From assembly GCA_964574875.1 (NCBI GenBank), contig CAZNOX010000005.1, forward strand, positions 17,150 through 81,149: a DNA stretch of 64,000 nt. The letters are read 5' to 3'. The DNA comes from an uncultured bacterium (GTDB lineage: Bacteria; Macinerneyibacteriota; Macinerneyibacteria; Macinerneyibacteriales; DSCS01). The position numbers and the translations under genes were made by a program. Positions 10,008-16,683 of this stretch are shown piece by piece (the first letter of the stretch is position 1; each line of letters opens with the position of its first letter). The notes under the pieces are model-generated. The model was given only the letters and a program-made list of their open reading frames with translations, did no database searches and was not told where the DNA came from.

Positions 10008-10058
10008 ATGGTTAAATGCTATCAGAAGGGCCCTTCTTGTCAAGAGATAACCTTTTTA

Positions 10059-10086
10059 TTGCAACTTTTCGCGTCCATGATATAAT
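10059..10086 (+). promoter_or_regulatory. Sigma70-like promoter of the partner-switching operon (TTGCAA-N16-TATAAT)
   Basis: TTGCAA at 10059-10064, 16-nt spacer, TATAAT at 10081-10086, about 48 nt before the STAS gene. Confidence 0.5.
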
Positions 10087-10134
10087 GGGACTGTTGTCAA
10101 AAGAGGGCCGTGTCACCGCGAGGAAAGGGGGAGC

Positions 10135-10479
10135 ATGGAGGGCTACCAGGCAGAATGTCAAAAGATCACAGAGGACGTGTCGAAGATCACCATCAAGGGT
10201 TTTCTCGACGCTCATACAGCATCACAGTTTGAAGAATTGCTGAAATCTCTCATCGAAGAGGGGCAGGTCAGACTCATCGTGGATATGGACAAACTCAACT
10301 ATATCTCATCCACGGGATTAGGAGTCTTTATGGGGTATATCGAGGACATCAGAGAAAAAGGAGGTGACATCAAGTTTGTCCGTGTCCCGGATAAGATTTA
10401 CAAGATCTTTGCCATTTTAGGTTTTACGGCCATATATGAGATTTTCAATGAAGAGGGAGAGGCCATTGAAAAATTCTAA
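10135..10479 (+). CDS. STAS-domain anti-sigma-factor antagonist (SpoIIAA/RsbV-like)
   Basis: 114 aa, STAS fold signature (LIVDMDKLNYISSTGLGVF). AGGAAAGGGGGAG SD upstream. Confidence 0.8.
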   Translation: MEGYQAECQKITEDVSKITIKGFLDAHTASQFEELLKSLIEEGQVRLIVDMDKLNYISSTGLGVFMGYIEDIREKGGDIKFVRVPDKIYKIFAILGFTAIYEIFNEEGEAIEKF

Positions 10480-10903
10480 GACCTTTTTAATCAGTTTCCC
10501 GGCTCAGAAAAGATATCTGCAGATCGCACGGGAATTTGTCCGTGAGATCTGTACGATCCATGCTATTGCCGAGGAGATGGCCGAAGACCTCATCTACATC
10601 GTCGGGGAAGCCGCATCAAACGTGGTGAAACACGCCTACCCGGATATGGCTGAAGAGAAGGCTGTGGTGGAGATCGGCCTGAAGCTGGAGCCTCATCTTT
10701 TTACCATGACCATCACCGACTTCGGAAAAGGTTTCGATGAAAAGACGTCCCATGAACTGAATTTTGAAGATATTAAAAGCAAGGTCAAAAACCGCCATAA
10801 AGGAGGCCTCGGGCTCTTCATGATCGACAGGCTGGCTGATAAACTCACCATTACCATTGACCCCTATCACAAGAATGAACTCACCGTGGTGAAAAAGATT
10901 TAG
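10436..10903 (+). CDS. Anti-sigma regulatory factor Ser/Thr protein kinase (SpoIIAB/RsbW-like, HATPase_c)
   Basis: HATPase_c motifs (EAASNVVKHAY, TITDFGKGFD, GGLGLFMI). Overlaps the STAS gene. Confidence 0.75.
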   Translation: MRFSMKRERPLKNSKTFLISFPAQKRYLQIAREFVREICTIHAIAEEMAEDLIYIVGEAASNVVKHAYPDMAEEKAVVEIGLKLEPHLFTMTITDFGKGFDEKTSHELNFEDIKSKVKNRHKGGLGLFMIDRLADKLTITIDPYHKNELTVVKKI

Positions 10904-10909
10904 GACATT

Positions 10910-12967
10910 ATGCAAGCGGTCAATACCATCAGTTCTCTTCTCATTTTCATGCTCAGTATCTATATCTATAAAAACAAAAAGACGAATATCAACACCATCA
11001 CTTCCATCATGCTTTTTACCCTGGGACTGGCCCCTTTTTCCTGGATCATCACGGAAAAGATCGATCTTTTTGAGAATTTTTTTGAGGTCTGGATCCTCTT
11101 TTTTCCTTTTCTCCTTCTCTTCTCCATCATCTACCCCTATGAACTGGAGTATACCAAGCGTTATAAGGGCCTGAAATATGTGATCTTTATTCCCTATTTC
11201 CTCTATTTTCTGGCTCTCTTCATTCTCAAGTTTCTTGAAAGCGCCCTTCTTCCGGAGATGTTCAGCGGAGGGCTCATCGGACAGGGGCTGGCCCGCCTCG
11301 TCTCCTCTCTTTATAATATCTTTCTGCTGATCCTCAACGGCGTCTATCTTGTCCTGGCCTTCAGAATGTTCAGAAAGAAGAGAAAGCTCTTCGACAACCA
11401 GCTTTTGCGAAAACAGGTGGGCTATATCATCACAGGGATCGAAGCGTTTGCTTTCGTCTTTGTCATCGATCTGCTCTCAGGCCATCTCAAGCTTTTCACA
11501 TCGGTCTTTACACTGGAGAGGATCCGGCTGATGTACACTCTGGCGATCCTCCTCAACGCCATCCTCCTCTCGTTTTCCATGATCAAATATAAGTTTCTGA
11601 ATATCGAGATCAAAGAGCGCAGTGTCCTCTACTACTTCTTCTGGAGTTTTTTTATCCTGGCTTATGCTTTTCTGTTCACTTTTATCCTCGTCAAAATTGA
11701 AAAGGCCCACCAGATTGCACTCTTTGCTGTCTATGTCCTCAGTTTTATCCTCTACATCGCCTATTACAGGCTGGTGAAGTGGCTCATGGATTATTTCTTT
11801 ATCAAGGATGAGATCAACTATGAAGATATCGTCGGGGATTTTTTCGTCAATGTCTCCGGACTCAACTCTTTTGGAGAGATCAGGAATATGGTGATCAACG
11901 AGCTCAAGACCCTGCTGAATATCCAGGAGGCCGACCTGGTTTTGAGTGATGACAAAGACGAGAAATACATGAGCCGGCGCTATTTCACTTTTCTTGATAT
12001 GGGGTACCGTTTCCGCCAGGCCTACAAATGGGCCAGTTTTTTCTTTCCTGTCTTTTTCGAGAATACGTTCTACGGATTTCTCATTGTGGGGAGCAAAAGA
12101 GCGAGAACACGGTTCAAACCCAAGGAGATGCAGCTGATCTCTTCTGTGGCCAATCAGATCGCCATGCTTCTCCATACTGTGGAAGCCAGCCGGGAGCTTT
12201 CCGAGAAGAAGATCATGGAAAAAGAGATCAATCTTGCCCGGAAGATCCAGTTCTCCCTTCTTCCTCCCAGGGATATCCTTCATGAGGCCCTCAATATCCG
12301 CTGGCGTTATAATCCTACGATCAAGGTCGGGGGAGACTATTGTGATGTCATCTTCAGGGAAGGGGGGGAGAAGACACTCTTTGTCATCGCGGATGTGAGC
12401 GGCAAGGGGATCAACGGAGCCATGTATATGAGTATGGTCCGGACTCTTCTCCATATGGGGATGTCCTATTTTGACCTCAGAGACATTATCCTCTATATGA
12501 ACGATTATATCAAAAACAAGCTTCCCGCGCAGATCTTTGTGACCATGGCCATGGTCTATTATGACAGCCGGGAAAACAAGGCCTCCTATATTCATCTGGG
12601 CCATAACTATCCCATCCTTTTCCGCAACAGTGAAAAGAGCCTCTCCTTTATGGAACAGGAGGGAATGGGGCTGGGGCTTGTGGATAATGCCCAGTTTGAA
12701 GAGCGGCTCCACTTCCACACGTTCAGCCTGGACCCCGGGGATTTTGTTTTCCTCTATACAGACGGGGTCACCGAAGCCCGGAACAGGGATGGGGGGCTCT
12801 ACGGGGAATCACGCCTTCTCGAGATGATCGACAAAAACAGGGAGGGCGGATGCGAAAAGATCATCAACAAAGTCACGGCTGACCTCTATGAGTTCAGAGG
12901 GACATACGAACAGAGTGATGATATCGCCATGATCATTTTTGAAAAGAAGGGACTCTCCTATGATTGA
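10910..12967 (+). CDS. SpoIIE-like membrane PP2C protein phosphatase with polytopic N-terminal sensor domain
   Basis: About 8-10 predicted TM helices followed by a PPM/PP2C domain (GGDYCDV, IADVSGKGINGAMYMS, LYTDGVTEA, QSDDIAMIIFE). Confidence 0.75.
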   Translation: MQAVNTISSLLIFMLSIYIYKNKKTNINTITSIMLFTLGLAPFSWIITEKIDLFENFFEVWILFFPFLLLFSIIYPYELEYTKRYKGLKYVIFIPYFLYFLALFILKFLESALLPEMFSGGLIGQGLARLVSSLYNIFLLILNGVYLVLAFRMFRKKRKLFDNQLLRKQVGYIITGIEAFAFVFVIDLLSGHLKLFTSVFTLERIRLMYTLAILLNAILLSFSMIKYKFLNIEIKERSVLYYFFWSFFILAYAFLFTFILVKIEKAHQIALFAVYVLSFILYIAYYRLVKWLMDYFFIKDEINYEDIVGDFFVNVSGLNSFGEIRNMVINELKTLLNIQEADLVLSDDKDEKYMSRRYFTFLDMGYRFRQAYKWASFFFPVFFENTFYGFLIVGSKRARTRFKPKEMQLISSVANQIAMLLHTVEASRELSEKKIMEKEINLARKIQFSLLPPRDILHEALNIRWRYNPTIKVGGDYCDVIFREGGEKTLFVIADVSGKGINGAMYMSMVRTLLHMGMSYFDLRDIILYMNDYIKNKLPAQIFVTMAMVYYDSRENKASYIHLGHNYPILFRNSEKSLSFMEQEGMGLGLVDNAQFEERLHFHTFSLDPGDFVFLYTDGVTEARNRDGGLYGESRLLEMIDKNREGGCEKIINKVTADLYEFRGTYEQSDDIAMIIFEKKGLSYD

Positions 12968-14504
12968 GAAGATGAAGGAGATCAATGAAAGAACGCATGT
13001 CCGTGAAGGGCTGCGCTCCTTCATGGAGTATTTTGCTGAAAAATACGGGATCAAAGCCTGTTCCGTCTTTAATATCAGTGATAATTCCATCCTTTATGCA
13101 CAGAATGTCTCTGCTCCTCTGCCCTATGAAATGGTCCTCCGGAAAAACGGGCTGGAGGATGTCAGGCTCTACCTGGACAAAGACCCTTCCGGCCTTTTTG
13201 ATTCCGGGGATGCTCAGATCGACCTCGAGTTCCTCAAATCCGTGATTTTGAACCATCTTCTTTACCGCTCTGTTCTGAGGATATCCAAAAGCCGGATGCA
13301 GAAGAAGAAGGAAGTGGAGACTCTCATGGAGATCTCAAGGGAACTTATTTTCCTCCATGATGAGAGCAGTATTCTCAATGCGCTGATCTTTGCCATCATG
13401 GGACAGGTGATGGTGACCAAAACCGCTATTTATCTCAACCAGTCACAATCGTTCTCCCTGAAAGTCTCACGGGGGTTTAAAAAACTTCCACCCCGCCTGA
13501 GCATGGTGAAAACGTTGCGTAATATCCTTGATCTGAACGAAAATCAGGAATATCTCATGAATCCCGAGATGGAGGAGATCCACAAAGCCGGAGGGGCCCT
13601 TGTGGTCCCCATGCAGTACCAGAACTCCATCACCGGTTATATCGTCCTGGGACATAAGACAGACGGGAAAAGTATCCCGGAGACAGAATATGATTTTCTC
13701 TTTTCCCTGGCCGCCAACGTTGCTTTCGCTCTTGAGAACTCAAAACTCATCCGGGAGTCCATTGAAAAAAAGAGGATGGAGAGCGAGCTGAACCTGGCCC
13801 GTGAGATCCAGCAGAACCTTTTGCCGAAAAATATTCCTCATACGCCGGGCTGGGACATCTGGGGAGCCAATATTCCCAGCCGGGAAGTGGGAGGAGACTA
13901 TTATTTTATCCGGAAAGTCAATGAAAAGATCTATGTCGCCATTGCCGATGTCACAGGGAAAAGTGTCCCTGCTGCGCTCCTGGTCTCCACGCTTCATGCC
14001 GCGCTCTTCGTTCTCTCCGATTTGGAGATGACACTCCCCGACCTTGTCAAGGATGTCAACCACCTCATCTATTTCAGTACCACAGCAGAACAGTTTATCA
14101 CTTTTTTTATTCTGGAGATGGATCTCGAAAGAGACGTCATGACCTATATCAACGCCGGCCACAACCCCCCCTATCTCCTGGACAGGAGGGGCGGGGTGAG
14201 AGAGCTTACCGAAGGAGGCCTGCTTCTGGGGATCGTCGAAAGCACAGAGTTTCAAACCGGAGAGGTCCCTCTCGGGGAGCTTGAATCTCTTCTCCTCTTT
14301 ACCGACGGGGTCACCGAGGCGACCAACTCTCTGGATGAAGAGTACGGCGAGGAGAGGCTCAAGGGCCAAATGAAGCAGTGCCGGGAGAAAGCGGCATCTG
14401 AATGGGGAGGAGCTCTTCTGGACGATGTCCGTGACTATAAAAACTCTCCCGTCCCGCAGGATGACATCACGGTGGTGATCCTGAAAAGGAATGACGATCA
14501 ATGA
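12960..14504 (+). CDS. GAF-domain PP2C protein phosphatase (RsbU/SpoIIE family)
   Basis: PP2C motifs (GGDYYF, IADVTGKSVPAALLVS, LFTDGVTEA, QDDITVVILK). Track start 12939 is TTG; the ATG at 12960 has an AAGAAGGGA SD. The stop overlaps the next start (ATGA). Confidence 0.7.
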   Translation: MIEKMKEINERTHVREGLRSFMEYFAEKYGIKACSVFNISDNSILYAQNVSAPLPYEMVLRKNGLEDVRLYLDKDPSGLFDSGDAQIDLEFLKSVILNHLLYRSVLRISKSRMQKKKEVETLMEISRELIFLHDESSILNALIFAIMGQVMVTKTAIYLNQSQSFSLKVSRGFKKLPPRLSMVKTLRNILDLNENQEYLMNPEMEEIHKAGGALVVPMQYQNSITGYIVLGHKTDGKSIPETEYDFLFSLAANVAFALENSKLIRESIEKKRMESELNLAREIQQNLLPKNIPHTPGWDIWGANIPSREVGGDYYFIRKVNEKIYVAIADVTGKSVPAALLVSTLHAALFVLSDLEMTLPDLVKDVNHLIYFSTTAEQFITFFILEMDLERDVMTYINAGHNPPYLLDRRGGVRELTEGGLLLGIVESTEFQTGEVPLGELESLLLFTDGVTEATNSLDEEYGEERLKGQMKQCREKAASEWGGALLDDVRDYKNSPVPQDDITVVILKRNDDQ

Positions 14505-15304
14505 CTGTCCTTGTCAATGAAGTGAGTCGTGAGGTCGCTCAGGGGACGACTCTTTTTCAGCTCAGGCGGAAGATGGCTCCTGAAGCGGATATCATGATTC
14601 TGAATTCAGCCCCTGCAGAAGGGGACACTCTCCTGAAAGAGGGGGACCGTGTGGTCTTTATCCAGCGGGGACGGACCTATGAAGCCCGGGAACTGAATGC
14701 TCTCCTGGCTGCCCGCCATTCTCCCGGGGTCCACGAGAAAGTCTCCCGCGCTGTTGTGGGGATCGCCGGACTTGGGGGGTTGGGATCCGCCGCTGCCGTG
14801 GCCCTGGCCCGTCTGGGTGTGGGGACCTTGATCCTTGCTGATTTCGACGTGGTGGAACCGTCCAATATCAACCGTCAGCATTATGATCTGACCCATATCG
14901 GCAGGCTCAAGACCCTGGCCATGAAAGAGATCATTGCCCATATTCATCCCGGAGTCCGTGTCCGCCTTCATAACATCCGACTGACAAGAGAGAATATCCC
15001 CCGTATCTTCGGCGGAGTGCCTGTTATCATCGAGGCGTTGGACAAGGCTTCAGAAAAAGAGATGCTCATCGGGACTGTCCTTAAGGAGCTCAAGGAGAGT
15101 TATGTCATCTCCGGTTCGGGTATGGCCGGATATGGCCCTTCAGATGAGATCGAGACCATCCATCTGGGAAAGCTGGTCATTTGCGGAGACCAGTCAAGCG
15201 AAGCCGGAGAGGGAACCGGCCTTATGGCTCCCCGTGTGGGGATCTGCGCTCATCATCAGGCCAATGCAGCTCTGCGGCTGATCCTCGGGATGGATCAGGC
15301 CTGA
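14501..15304 (+). CDS. ThiS/MoaD-like ubiquitin-fold domain fused to ThiF/MoeB-type E1 adenylyltransferase
   Basis: N-terminal roughly 57 aa align to ThiS (MTVLVNE..AQGTTLFQL..ILNS..EGD..LKEGDRVVFIQRG) and end RG rather than GG. They are followed by an E1 nucleotide-binding Rossmann domain (GIAGLGGLGSAAAVALARLGVGTLILADFDVVEPSNINRQ). Confidence 0.7.
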   Translation: MTVLVNEVSREVAQGTTLFQLRRKMAPEADIMILNSAPAEGDTLLKEGDRVVFIQRGRTYEARELNALLAARHSPGVHEKVSRAVVGIAGLGGLGSAAAVALARLGVGTLILADFDVVEPSNINRQHYDLTHIGRLKTLAMKEIIAHIHPGVRVRLHNIRLTRENIPRIFGGVPVIIEALDKASEKEMLIGTVLKELKESYVISGSGMAGYGPSDEIETIHLGKLVICGDQSSEAGEGTGLMAPRVGICAHHQANAALRLILGMDQA

Positions 15305-16260
15305 TAACGCCGCAGAATACCCGGAGGCAGACCGGCATCGATGAGATAGTAGAGATTGGAGAGAAGACGGTACAGGGTCATATCATTGATCCGGTTTCCC
15401 TTCTCAGTGAGGTTCCATCGCGGGGCGATGAGTCCTGCTTTTGACATGATTCCCGGATATTCGAAATTTCCGTCAAATGAGATATCAATGATCACGGCTC
15501 CCTGGGCGATATCCTCTGTGGGAACGGTAAAGGGGCCCGGGACAGCGGAGATGACCACATCAGAATTGCGGCATAACGAGAGGACTTCCCTGAAGGGGGT
15601 ATGACGGTGGCAGACGCGGACAGAACCGTTCTCGTTGAGCAGCATAAGAGCCAGGGAGCGTCCCACAGCCAGTGAATCGTTGATGATAGTGAACCGTTTT
15701 CCTGTAATGGTGAAGGGATTGTCCTGAAACTCCCGGGGATAAGCCCCGCTCTTTTTCTTTTCCTCTTCAAAAAGAAGAGCATACCGCTTGAAGATGTAGA
15801 GGATGCCTTTGGCTGTGGGGGGGATCACGAGTTTCTTCAGCTTCAGGGGGTCTTTGAACTGTTCAAACTGGACAAGATAACCGAGGTTTGTGTGGTGAAG
15901 GCCTTCCACATCTTTAGAGGGAGAGACAGCATTCATAAACCGGGTATCTTTTCCCCTGAAGGGCGTGGGATAGAGAATCATGACCCCATGGACCTCCTCA
16001 TCCTGGTTGAGCTCGTGGATCGTCTTTTCCATCTGCCGGATGTCGCTGCAGAAGTGAGAATGAAAGGCGGTCTGACGGGATTGGCAGAACCGCCGGATTC
16101 CCCGCATGTAGGAGAGGGATCCCGGATCCTCCCCTGCCATGACCACGGCCAGGGAAGGTGTGATCCCCAGTTTCCCGTAGAACTCCTGCTTTCTCAGAAA
16201 CTCAGGTTCGTCGAACGTCTCGATAAGGCGGGAGACATTGATGATATTCTCATTGCTCAT
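15295..16260 (-). CDS. FolD-like (methylene-THF dehydrogenase/cyclohydrolase family) divergent paralog
   Basis: Aligns to the FolD core ([25 protein letters not shown] vs [60 protein letters not shown]). Carries an insertion and lacks the YxxxK/K56 catalytic lysines. Confidence 0.55.
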   Translation of the reverse strand: [321 protein letters not shown]

Positions 16261-16681
16261 GCTGTTCCTCCTTTTGAAAAGGGATGCGGAGGTCTTTGAG
16301 GAGGTTGCCCCGATAGAGGTAGAGATGCCCGTCAGGCCCTTTGATGAAGGTCAGTGGCGCCGGAGATGTGATGATCCCCAGGGCATAGGGGGTCTCATTG
16401 ATCATCAGGGTGATATCCTCGGAAAGTCTCAGAGAGTCCCGTCCCCGTTCCACCAGGATATTTTTCAGAAAGGCCCGCTCCTTTCCCGTCACAGGGTACT
16501 TTTCTCCCAGGACAAAGAGGGCCACCGTGTCCCGGGGTTCGAGCTCTCCGAATATTTTTGACGGGAGAGAGGCGTAGCGGCCTCCGGTCACCGTATGAAA
16601 GATGAAAAAGAGAAGAGCAAGCCCGGCCATAAGAAGAAGGACATAGAGAGGGTGTTTTTTAAACGTAAAAGCGATGGCCAT
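16250..16681 (-). CDS. Small membrane-anchored protein of unknown function
   Basis: 143 aa, single N-terminal TM (LYVLLLMAGLALLFFIF). Sits between the sensor and FolD-like genes with overlapping stops and starts. Confidence 0.5.
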   Translation of the reverse strand: MAIAFTFKKHPLYVLLLMAGLALLFFIFHTVTGGRYASLPSKIFGELEPRDTVALFVLGEKYPVTGKERAFLKNILVERGRDSLRLSEDITLMINETPYALGIITSPAPLTFIKGPDGHLYLYRGNLLKDLRIPFQKEEQHEQ

Positions 16682-16683
16682 AA

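Noticed and set aside
11477-12718. 413-aa minus-strand ORF antisense to the SpoIIE-like phosphatase (similarly 13740..14501, 19091..19957, 43631..44956, 50877..51965, 52347..53120, 63100..63819)
   Set aside because: Long antisense ORFs fully contained in genes with clear domain signatures. Low-complexity Asp/Glu/His-rich translations typical of GC-rich shadow frames.
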